Below, in pieces: positions 39,952-52,447 of a stretch of DNA of 64,000 nt. Every line of letters starts with the position of its first letter. Positions within the stretch are counted from its first letter, which is position 1. Origin of the DNA: Novakomyces olei. Taxonomy: Eukaryota. The stretch spans positions 186,001 through 250,000 of the forward strand of contig JADEYG010000004.1 of the NCBI GenBank assembly GCA_016906335.1, in the 5' to 3' direction. Below the pieces are notes generated by a model that was not told the origin of the DNA, searched no databases, and saw nothing but the letters and a program-made list of their open reading frames with translations. The position numbers and the translations under genes are program-made.

Positions 39952-42218
39952 TCAAGCCGTCTCTAACATACGTGTCCAATCGAAATCAGTCCATATCTTG
40001 CGAAACGCTTCAACTCTGGGATCTCGAGGCACCCACCGACCTCGGCGACGAATGTCGACACCAGGTAGCATTGAAGCGAAAACTTGGCGTGCAAAAGTAT
40101 CGCCCTTACCCCAAAGCTCTTCGTTTTCAATTACATGCCCATAGCCTCCGTCCAGACTGAACCAGACATGAAAGTACGGCATTTCTTTTACCATACTACG
40201 CCGAAAGGCAAGTTTCCCATACCCTTTTTCCGCTCGTGCGCCAGTGTCGATAATCTTTGCATGCTGCGACCATTCTTCGTCGGACGAAATCAGAGCTTCA
40301 CGAAAGAAAGCGGGCGCCAGAGCAGCAGTGTTTCTCGGGACAGGAACACATTCAATTGCAGTATGGCCTTGAGCTTTGGGGTGAGCGGCATTTTCGTAAA
40401 AGATCACGCTCTTTCCTCGTGCGTCAAACATTTGTAAAATGCATTTCATAAAATTCTTGTTGTTAGACGGTAGGCTTGAAAGTGGGCAAAAATAAAAATT
40501 TCAAAACTAAGCTTGGGGAAAAAAGAGAAAGAGAATAACAAATTGTAAAATTAAATTAAATTAAATAAATGTTATTTTATAACCTTTGACCACAAAACAT
40601 GAATTGTCCTTACCCTCATTTCGTCCCATTCATCGTCATCACACTCAAGTGTATTAATTCTATGTTCAATAGGCACAATTAAACAATGGTAAGGTTGAAT
40701 GTCGTTTGATGGCAAAGACAAATAAACCCTTGTTCCCGTTGAAACAACAGGTGCAATTGGCTGCCGTCCCTCTTGGTAGCAGAGCGGGCACGTTTCCAAC
40801 ACTTTGGATAATCGTTTGAAATCTAATGTCTTAGCAAAATAGAATCAAGAACATCACGCTTTTTATCATACCTTCAATAGCTGTGTTTCGGAGATTTACA
40901 GCCTTGCGGGCCGGAAATTCCGCGAGACGATCAGCGTTTTCATCCATATAGTCAAGATCGTCCTACACGTTAGAGCTGAAATTGAAATATGTTTAACTTA
41001 AAAAGAGAAACGAGAAGAAAATTAAATTGTACAAAATAAAATAATATAAAATATCTAAATTCAAGCTTGAAAGCTCGACTGTATCGCACAAAGCTTAAAG
41101 CATCATGGCACAGCGGCTACTCCAAAATAAAATGAAATGAAAACAAACTAAAAAGCATCATATATACAAATGAGCGGTAGGCGTACAGTAAACTTTTTAT
41201 CGCGAGCAATTCGATCCGCGAAATCACGGCCTCCATTCCCCGAGAGCCTACTTTGCTTCTCTTCTCGCACAAGATCATCCAGAGTAGGTTCACCCTTGCT
41301 GACAGGCGCACTATACTTGGCCATATCCATCTGTGGGACAACAACAACTTTTGCGTCTTCTCCTTGGCTTTCATGCATCCTTACAGCTTCATCGTATTCT
41401 TCTTGCAGGGAGTCGGCTCGTGGGTCGTTCCTCAACTGTGCTTTTAGCAAATTTGCTCGCAGTTTATTTAACGTATCACGCGTAACGACTGGCTGGGATG
41501 CACTTTTGCGGGCCACTGTCTCTTCACTGGGCAGATCAAGGCTCGATTGGCCTGCGCCCTGGACAGGCCCCTCCCTTCCCATACGCTCCTTGTATAAAAT
41601 CCCAGTGACAGGCTGACCCACTCCAGACCTGTCTTTACCGTTCAGCCGCATCTGCTCTTCTCGAGCCTCGTCGAACCGTAAAAGATCCCCATACTGATCA
41701 ACGGCAACAGCGTCAACTGGCCGTTGTGTCTCCTTTGCTATTCGATAAACATTACGCAATTTCATCATCCTCCAAGACGATCCAGAGTCTCCAATTCGAT
41801 AGCCGTGTTCCATACCCGCTGCCTTGTTCATATACTCCTGTGTACTGCTGCTTATTGTCTCTGCTCGTGATCCCTCTTTTGCCTGCTCATCATCGGGCGT
41901 CTTTTTGTCTTTAGCTTTACCAAAAGCCCCATAATCAAAATCCGCTCCTTCTTCTTGTACCATCCATTCTTGCCGTTTACCGCTATGTGAGGTCGGGCCT
42001 GTGACCTGCACATAATCGCTCTCTGAGAAGGCCTCGTCCGACGAATTATCGGGCGTCTTTTTTCGCCGTTTTGCTCCTTCATCCTGCCATCTTTCTGGCC
42101 TCGAATTGCCGCTGGACCGATTTCTGTGTCTGTGCGATGGCTCATGACGACGTTTCCCGTCGCCTTTATGATGCCGATGCCGTTCCCTATGCTCACTAGA
42201 ACCCGATCTTGACTCCAT
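39952..42218 (-). CDS. CWF19: Cwf19/CWF19L2 spliceosome-associated protein, 4 exons
   Basis: IGDSGSSWRMMKL, DDLDYMDENA, CPLC, HCLIVPIEHR..CDDDEWDEMR|NFMKC, HTAIECVPVP, MPYFHVWF...GGYGHVIE (CwfJ C-terminal domains). Confidence 0.9.
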
Positions 42219-42243
42219 GGCAGCATTTATGAAATTAATTAAT

Positions 42244-42368
<125 letters not shown>

Positions 42369-42398
42369 CATTATTATACATGATTAGTGCTCACGACG

Positions 42399-43059
42399 AT
42401 GCACCCATTTGTGCTATCGACCTTGTTTGCTGTCGCGTTCAGCGCAGTGAGCCTTATCGGCCTCGACGTTCTCGTTGCCTTTGTATTTCATTTACTATGG
42501 CGCAACTAATTACAGGTTTATTCTATACTAAAGTTTATGCCAACTTCACATTCGGCAAAGTTAAGGCGCTTCAGTGAGCTGCAAAACGAAGCACGGCAAA
42601 CAAAAGCGCAGCTGGATTCGACGTCTGCGCAGGACGAGTTTGCCAAATGGGCAAAGTACCGTCGAGCGTACGATAAAAAAGTAGCTGATTTAGATTCGCT
42701 AAACAATCAAATCGCGACTGAACGAACGGCTGTTGAACTGAAGCTCAAGATCATACTCTGGACCGCTTCCTCAGGTCTGCGGTACCTCCTTCTACTATGG
42801 TTCCGCAAACAGCCAGTGTTTTGGCTTCCTCGGCAGGCGTTCCCGCCATACGTGACATGGCTCTTGTCGCTTCCAATGGCTCCTTATGGTATGGCAAATG
42901 GCTGTACGGTTTAATACGCTACTAACTGCACCAGGTTCCGTTAGTTTTGGTGTTTGGTGTTTTGCTGTGAACCGCGTGTGCACTGACGTATGGAAGGCTC
43001 TGTCGGCTACACGCAGCTTTGTGTACGCACGAGCTGGAGGGACCAGCGTCCCTGCTTAG
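42399..43059 (+). CDS. GET1: GET pathway receptor Get1/WRB, 3 exons
   Basis: N-terminal TM, TSAQDEFAKWAKYRR, WFRKQPVFWLP..FP.YV.WLLSLPMAPY|GSVSFGVW. Confidence 0.9.
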
Positions 43060-43633
43060 CGTGAGCTTACGATTTCCCCACCCGTTTACGGGGGCACAAG
43101 CTAGTCTTGAAAATGTTTAATATTTAAACAATGTATTGTTGATAAAAGTTTGCGTATTAGATAGATACTTGGACAAGCGATGTACAGCGTACGTCGTTCA
43201 AGGCTTCTTTAGGCAAAATTTTTGCCTCCACAAAATTAGGGTCAAGAATAAAACAGAATAAAGGTTAATTATAGTTAGTCGGCGGGCTTTGCGAACCGCA
43301 GTGGCATAAACGAGCTTAAACGACTATGTAAAAATCATAACGAAAATAAACAGTACTGGTGGCCCTAATGTAATAGGTGCGATCACGCACGCCTGTGAAG
43401 AAAATATAAAAGTATATCAGCATGGTGGCATAAAGCCTCTCAAGAGTACAGCTAACTGTCTGCGCCGACGAAATGAAATGTCCCAAAGACAAGTATAAGA
43501 CGGGGCGCAATAGTTCATGTCAGGCGCCAAGAGCAAATTCGTTTGCGGCCATAATACCCTTCATATACTCTTGTGTATACATAGTGTGGTTTTTGTATAT
43601 GCATGTTTTACTCAAAACAAAATCTGGTTCGTC

Positions 43634-46600
43634 CTATTCCAACCCGTTCGTCTCGACCCCCTGATTCACGTCGTTTGAGCCAAAAAAGTTGAAATTCATG
43701 CCTCCGCTGTCCGACGTATCGTTCAAAAACCTTTCAAAATCAAAATCGCCCATGCCCAATGCATCGTCCGTCACGTTCCCATACTCTAGCGAAAAATTCG
43801 CATCCGATTCCAGCCCCGTGTACTGTGATAACTGCATATGCATATCCGTATTCTGGCCTTTGCCGGGCTGACCTTCTCCGCCACTCACAATTCCCTGTGC
43901 CTGAGCGGGAGCCGACTGGGCTTGCTGCTGATGCTGCTGTTGCGACTGTGGCTGCTGTCCGTGAGGCAGGTGCTGTGAATGGTGCGGCGGCATATGCTGA
44001 TGCTGCATATTCCCCGGATGATTCACATTAGGCTGATGGCTGTCCTGGTTGTGCAGCTGGTAGTTAGTAAATGACTGATAAATTTGGTGTTGTATTTTAT
44101 ACGTATCACTTACCGAATGTGAAGGTGTAATGGGCGTAGTTGGCGTCGGAGGTTCCGACGCCGTTGGAGTCGCTGGAGCAGGATTCGACTGATTGCTGCG
44201 CCGATTTTTCTAGTTTGTCAGTTGATGCTACTTCATATCATATATAGATAATAGAAAAAAAATAAAATAATAAAATAATAAAATAATAAAATAATAAAAT
44301 AATAAAATAATAAAATAATAAAATAATAAAATAATAAAATAATAAAATAATAAAATAATAAAATAATAAAATAATAAAATAATAAAATAATAAAATAATA
44401 AAATAATAAAATAATAAAATAATAAAATAATAAAATAATAAAATAATAAAATAATAAAATAATAAAATAACAATAAAATGAATAATAAAATAAATAATAA
44501 AATGAATAATAAAGTGAATAATAAAGTGAATAATAAAGTGAATAATAAAATGAATAATAAAATGAATAATACAATAAAACAATACTATACCTTTTTCGGT
44601 TCCTTTGGCTCCTTCTTTTTGGCTGTTGATTTGCCCGGAGTAGGCGTTGGTGGCTGGGGTTGGATGTTTTGCCCCTGCATTTGAGAAATTGGTGCTGGTG
44701 GAGGCATTTGCTGGATAGAAGCACCATGAGGACTCGAATGCTGCTGCTGTTGTTGCTGCTGCTGCTGTTGCTGTTGGGCATTTAAAGCATTAAGGCCGCG
44801 TTGCTGTGCTTGCTTATGAGCCATCTGTTGAAGCAGAGCCTGTTGCTGTTGCTGTTGTTGTTGTTGTTGTTGCTGTTGCTGTTGTTGTTGCTGAGGCCAA
44901 AACATGTTGGGCCTTTGTGGTCTCACCATCCCCATCCCGACTCCCGTGTTGGGGTCGATTGGCCCTCCAGACTGCCCGTTCATATTCATCATCATCTGCA
45001 TCTGGTTAGTGGGCCCCATCATCCCCCCACCGCCCGGACGCGCCTGCATAACCGGGTTCATCATGGCATTGCCGTTGGTCTTTAGATGCTCGTACAGCAT
45101 CATCTGCTTCTGTGGGTCCTGCATCATTTGGTTATTAGCGAATCCTTGGCCCACTTTAGCAGACCCTTCGCCCCTTCCAACTGCTCCCGGCTGTGGTGAC
45201 GGGTTAGAGCTCGTTGTCTGTGGCGACATTACATGGAACGAGGCTCCATTCGGGTCACCAGAGTTGTTGTGGAGACGCTCCTGTTCCTGTCTCGCAATCA
45301 TTAGCCTCTTTTTGTTCTGCTGTTCTAGTAGCATAAGCTGCATCTGGTAGTCCTGCAGAGCATGGTTGCCTCCGTTACTGTTCGCTGCTGCCGCTGTGCT
45401 GTTTGGCGCTGAGCTATTTGCATTATTATTGCTATTTGTTCCAGGGCCACGGATCTGCTGAGACGGGGGCATGTTTGGGTACAGCTCATTGAAAATCATG
45501 TCCTGGCCGCCTGCGCCAGCATTACCGGCTCCACCGCCAGGTACAGCTCCAGCAGCTTTACTAGCCAGAGCAGCTCTTTGCTGGTGATTTGCAAGTGAAA
45601 AGGCCTGTAGCTGCTGCTGCTGGGAGGCAGGAATAGAGTGCTGAAAGGCCGCCATCTGCTGGGCTGACAGGCTGTTTGGACTTATGCCTGCCTGCAACAG
45701 CAGCTGGTGAGCTTGCTGCATTTTCATGGCCAAATTAGCCGTCTGCACAGGAGTGCCCCCACCCTGGCCCCCACCCTGGCCCCCACCTTGGCCCCCACCA
45801 GGCGGCCCATTGGGTCTCCCACCAGCACCTGCTTGCTGAGGCAGCTGCGCATACGCCCCGTCGGGAGAAAGTCTCTGTCTCTTTGCTGAAGAGGGCGATG
45901 CAGCTGCTGCCTGCATTGCCAGTGCAGGCGACCTCACTTCCTCATGGTCATCGTTTCCTGTTGGCCCTGGTCCGCCATTATTACGAGGCCCACCGGCTCC
46001 AGTTGGCTGGTGCTGCAGCTGGTTTACCTGCTGATTGGCAGACTGTGGATTCTGCAGAGTCTGGTGCATTTCCTGCTGTTGAAACTGGCCTTGACCAGGA
46101 ATCTGTGGGGGCAGTTGGCCTCCCTGATGGTGGTTTTGCTGTTGCGCCTGGTACAATTGCTGAGCCTTCAACTGCTGAATCTGTGAGGCAGTCGGCGCAA
46201 ATATCCCGCGTTTGGTGTTGTTCATCATTGCCTGGCGCATAAGAACCTGCCTCGTTTTCTCATTCATCGGTACCCCAACATTCAAGGCCATTTCCGCCGG
46301 GTTCGACGTATTCTCTGGCATCCCACCCGCTCCACCATTTGCATAGCTCATCATTTCATTTGCATTCATAGCCGGCGGAGGCGGACGGAAATTTGCATTG
46401 AACCCGTTTATGCTGTTCGGCACTAGCCCAGCTGCTGCCACTGCCGGGTTTACCGCTGTAGGCTGGCCAGCTGCTGCATTCTGCAGCTGACTCGCCATTT
46501 GAGCTGTCGCCGCTTGCTCCGTCATTGCTGCCACGTTTCGCTGGTTCTCGCTTTTAATGCGCTGATATTAGTATTGCGTCAGGTAAATCAAGTGCCAAAT

Positions 46601-47614
46601 GTAAACGCCAACTATGCCAAAATAAATTGTAATTAAATTATAAATAAATAAATCAAAATATCAAAATATCAAAAAATAGTTTAAACTACACCAAACTAGC
46701 ATTGTAAACAAATCAAAATAAATGCAAATCAAATTTAGATTATAATGAAATAAACAAAGTAAAACAAATTTTATTTTATAGATAAATGCAAAAAATAATA
46801 ATAATAATAAAAAAAGCTACGATAATGGCAATAATAACAGAAGCAGCATTTGCCTTTTAGCAGCACCATTACAACTTACATTTGTATGCTCAACATAAGC
46901 GTTGGCAGAAATTGATCCACCCCGGCTTGATCGAGCACTAAAAATATCCCAAAAAACGCCCCACCATTCCAGGAGAAACCCGCCAGGGGTGTCGATCGGA
47001 ATAACCGGCCTTACAGATGCCGAAGCTTGCTTTTGGGACGAGGTATGTGCTGTCGCTGCATTCATTGCCGCTACTGATGAAGGCTCGCCACCGCTCTTTT
47101 CAGAACCATGTCGTGAGCCCTCGGGCGAAAACAAATCCTTGCCATCGCCCTCTGTTCTCGTCTCTGGCTTTTCCAATGACGATGAGGGTAAAGATGAAGC
47201 TAGAGTCTGAGCTTCTGCTTTAGCCGGGACTTGAAGGTCCGTGTCAGGTTCCGATTTAGGTTTTGGACTGGATGTAGACTGTTGCGCGGAGCGGGGATTC
47301 TCTGCATCTTCTGCAGTAGGCACTGAAGCTTCACGAGCAAATAGTCGAGCTGCCTCATCAAATTTGCACTTGATCAGGTAGTCCAGAATATAAGAGTTTA
47401 GTAGAGACTTTGACATGTCTGTGTTTGTTGTTGACGGAGCAGTAGAGCCGCCTCCACTGCCGCCGCCCGCCGTTGGCGGTTTTGTAGTTCCCGATCCATT
47501 GGTTGTGGGTAGAGTTATGTCAGAGCTGTGCCCTTTAGCACTCGCAGGGCGCTCGGGGGGCTCTGCCCGAGCCAGGCCCGGCGAGTTTTTCTGCGCCAGT
47601 GGCTTGGTAGCCAT
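43634..47614 (-). CDS. FLO8: LisH/LUFS transcriptional activator of the Flo8/Som1/Adn2-3 family, multi-exon
   Basis: [26 protein letters not shown] (LisH), [48 protein letters not shown], polyQ tracts, C-terminal DFDFERFL. Confidence 0.85.
44258..44580. repeat. (AATAAAAT)n and 12-bp derivative repeat filling an intron of the FLO8-like gene
   Basis: Read directly. Confidence 0.9.
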
Positions 47615-49056
47615 AACGCCTTGAGAGCTTTCGCCGCAAATTGGGCGTCAAGATTTTTGTAGTGCAACAAGCCGTAGTTACAAGCCAGTGAAATTGGGCA
47701 ATAGGCAAAAAGAGAAAAACAAAAAATAAGGCGAGAGTCAAGGTCAGAGCCTTACGCTCGCCAGATCTGATCAGGTAGAGACAAGCTTTCAACACTTGGG
47801 GCCTGGGTGCCTTTAGACGGATTTTATAGAGTAGGAATTCCGCTCAACTACAAATTGCAGAGCGCAGTTTATCTTGTGCTTATTGTGCCTTGGCCCCGTC
47901 CACTCGTCTCTGCTCTTTCTCAGTGGAAAGCGAGTAAAGAGTGGGCCTTGATAAGTATGGAAGCCAGAGATCTTTCCACCAATGACCCCGAAAACAGAGC
48001 GTTCCCGTCGGAATAAGACAGGCACAAATAGACTTGCAAGAGCCTCGACTGAAGAGCGCAGGTGGGTACAAGCGCTCGAGGGCTGTTGTGAGAGGGCGCA
48101 AAAGCGACCTTTTACAGTTTCGCAACAGTGCGGATCGCAGTCGCAAAAAACCGTAAACTAAATCGGTATGCGACTCAAGCCAAAACGGCCAAGCACTTGA
48201 TCGGGTTAGCAGGTAAAGGGGAATTGAAGTGCGATTGAAAAACGCGCCAAAAAGTTTGCGCAGGCACGCTCACTTACAGCAACAGGATTGATCCCCACGC
48301 GAGCTTGTTCGTATTTTTGGGTCAGGGGAGGGTTCCTAGTAGAATATATTAGAGTCAGATAGGTTAATCCAAGTATACACGACCTAAAAGTGCATAAGAA
48401 TGGAAAGGCAAGCAAGACAAGTCTCAAGTCTTGGATACTTGCCTGGCTCTAGCATTACTTGGTGCTTACTTATACGCCGGTTTGTGTCATATACTGCGAC
48501 GGTTTGAGATCAGACAAGAAAAAACAATTACATTTATTATAGTATCGAGTGTAAGTAACCCGTCCCTCGAGCCATGGATAGAGCGTTCCGTTTCTGCGCG
48601 CAGTCACAGGCGGCGTTGAGAGTGGTTGGGTCTCGTTTAATCGCAGTGCAAAGCTCGAATTGTGTAGATTTACTGGAAAAAGAATCGGCCATGTACCCGA
48701 GTAGATATCCAGCATCATCTGCCTCGAGTATACTGTCACGCCCGTAGAAAACCCTGGGCACACAATGTTACGTAGAATAGACGAATTAAGTAAAGCAAAT
48801 GATACACGCGTGCGACTTAATATAACGGCTTAGAGAGACAAGTAGATGCATTTACAATACCTGGATTTTGTAATTTAATTGCAAATAAATAAATAAATGA
48901 ATAGAAAAATAAATAAATAAATAAAATAGCAAATTGCTAATTGCTAATCATAAAATAAAACGAATTTAAATTGGCGCAAAACGTTGGCTGTCGTTATTGA
49001 AGTGTTTCTTATAGCCTCCAAGCCAGGATTTTCCTCGAAATGATAATGCTCGAGAC

Positions 49057-49810
<754 letters not shown>

Positions 49811-50363
49811 GGCAACGTTGTAAGTCACTGTTCAAGCTCGATATCATTGACGCACTACATATTTACACACATCCGATATTACAATATACTTAGGGTTAGG
49901 GTTTATTTTAAGGGCGATAATCAGTGTGCTAAGCTTGTTTGTAAGGCTATGCCTCCAGCGGGGCAGTGGATCTGTTTGCCTTTTTAATTTGGTAGTCGAC
50001 CACACTTTGGTCGTCTCTGATCCTCATTTGCGGCATTGCAAGCAACAACATTTCTGAGTGACTTATAGAAGAGCACTTATACAAACATCTACTGCTTAAA
50101 TAATGTGATCGATGTAAAATTTGACTAGATATCACAGTCCACTGCTTCCTGTACGAAAGCTTACAAAACACCTTCACTAAACCATCTTAAGCTTCCATTT
50201 CTAGCATCGTTTTTATAACAAGCACATTACCCTAAACTTGCCAAGGCCTTTTGTGCCCGTACGACTATACTTGATTAATACTATTTTTTAATTTTCATAC
50301 AGTATGATGAGCTGAAAATATAAATATTATAGTACAGATACAGATACAGATACAGGTCGGATT

Positions 50364-51958
50364 ATGGACAAACGACCGGCTAACGGTCCTGTGGGCCCAC
50401 AGCAAATCGTACGGCATCTTTTAATTCTCCTTCAAATGCCTAATTGCTCTTTAGATCAAACGGCAACGGACGAATGACGGTCAAATTGAAAGGCGATCAA
50501 GCTCTAATGCTGTAGGGCAAAGTGCCCCCCGAACATCAGACCTCGAAGCTCCTATCATGTGCCTGGCTGGAGGACATACTGTATGATTAATAGTTTTTTC
50601 TGTCTTCCTTTGATTGTGCCTGATAAATTTATTTGTGTATCTTAACGCTTCTATCCCTCTGCCAGTCCTTTCATGCTAATGTTTAGGGCGAAATATATAC
50701 TGCGCGATTCGATCCGTCTGGCGCTTACATCGCATCAGGTTCTTCTGATCAGACTATAGGTTTGTACTTTTTGTGCTATTTGGGCTGCTGTGTTGCATTG
50801 GATCTTATAATTTCAGTATTTCAAGGCCGATTGTTCAAAGCTTGATTATCCTTTGACTATTGGTTTATAATTTTATCTTTTTATTTTTTAATTGATTATT
50901 GCCTTTTTTTATTCGCATAAATCATTCTAATTCGTCTGGTTTCCAGTGCAATACTGACCTTTAGCTTTATGGAACACGTTTGGAGACTGCTCGAATTACG
51001 GTACTTTGAAAGGTAGCAAAGGCGCTATTACAGATCTCGTATGGTCGGCCACATCTGATAACATTTACAGTTGTGCGACAGACTGTAATCTATCTTCATG
51101 GGACGCGCATTCAGGGCAGCGTGTACGCAAATTAATCGGCCATACAGAATACGTTAATTCACTTGATATCCTAAGAATTGGAACAGGGCTGCTAATAAGC
51201 GGATCGGACGACGCTACAATAGGAGTAAGCTTTGTCTTTCTAATGCTATTTTAATACACTCTCTGCCAATTTTGCTTTTTATTTAGTATTATCTTGATAA
51301 TGTCTTTAATAATTTCAAATGGATTTTGCTATTCGGCTTCGTTTTCTTTTTGTTCCTTTTCGTGTTTGGTACTGCCACTAGTTGTTTATACGGTACTGAC
51401 TCAATAAATCAGATTTGGGACGCCCGGAGCAAAACTGCGGTTGATTATATCACTGACGAATACCCTATAACATCTGTAGCATTTTCTAGTGGTGGTGTTG
51501 AAATTTTTAGTGCAGGAGTAGATCCGACAATAAAGGCATGGGATCTTCGTACTAAGCGTACACTTTACACAATGAATGGAGGCGACGATACTGTGAGCGA
51601 TCTCAAAGTATCGCCTGATGGCACTCAGCTACTTTCCAACTCGTTTGATAGTACCGTTCGAGTCTTTGACGTTAAGCCGTTTGCACGCCAGAATCGGTTG
51701 CTTGGCAAATACGAGGGAGCTCCTCATGGAATCGAAAAGAACCTAATATCCGCTTGCTGGTCGAGCGATGGAATGGAGATTGCAGCTGGATCATCAGACA
51801 GGACGGTGACAGTCTGGGACGTTCCCTCCCGGAGGATTTTGTATAAATTACCGGGGCATAAGGGATGTGTAAACGCTGTCGATTTTCATCCGTACGAGAA
51901 GATTATACTCAGCGGCTCGACCGATCGGACACTGCTGCTGGGAGAGCTTGGAAGCTAG
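50364..51958 (+). CDS. WD40 protein, U5 snRNP 40-kDa subunit (SNRNP40/Spf38), multi-exon
   Basis: PRTSDLEAPIMCL, LLSNSFDSTVRVFDVKPFA, GAPHGIEKNL, RILYKLPGHKGCVNAVDFHP. Confidence 0.85.
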
Positions 51959-52447
51959 ACTCAACCATTTATTATGAATAAAGCATAGTGTTGGGCCGAG
52001 CAGTCGGGTTGGTAGCCGTCGATTAGAGATGAATGATTGAGGCAAATAAAAAGTTTGTGTAATAATTCTGTTTATCTTTTCATGTACTGATGTGGGAATA
52101 CGCGCAGTTGCAGGTACATGCTGCATTACCTTGCAATGCAATGCAAAAGAGGGAAATGGATTTAAATCTATATACAATAATTAAAGCCAGCTACACAATA
52201 CTAGACAAGTACACTGGAGACGCCTTTCGCAGAGAATACAAATCGGCCAGGAACCGGTTGACCCACTATAAACCAACTTTAAAGCGCTTGTCCGCTGTAG
52301 AACATCACGAATGAAAATCGTAACGAGCTTGCAGTACTTTTGCAGCTAACCAATACCCAAAAAAAAAAAAAAAAAAAAAAAAAAAACACCAAAATGAAAA
52401 GCACAAACCCTAATCGTAGTCAAATTTACAAACCCTGAGCAAACTCT

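Noticed and set aside
52360..52386. Poly(A) tract as a retroelement or processed-pseudogene tail (also 58379-58404)
   Set aside because: There is no target-site duplication or RT remnant. The tracts are T-runs on the sense strand of a 3' region and an intron.
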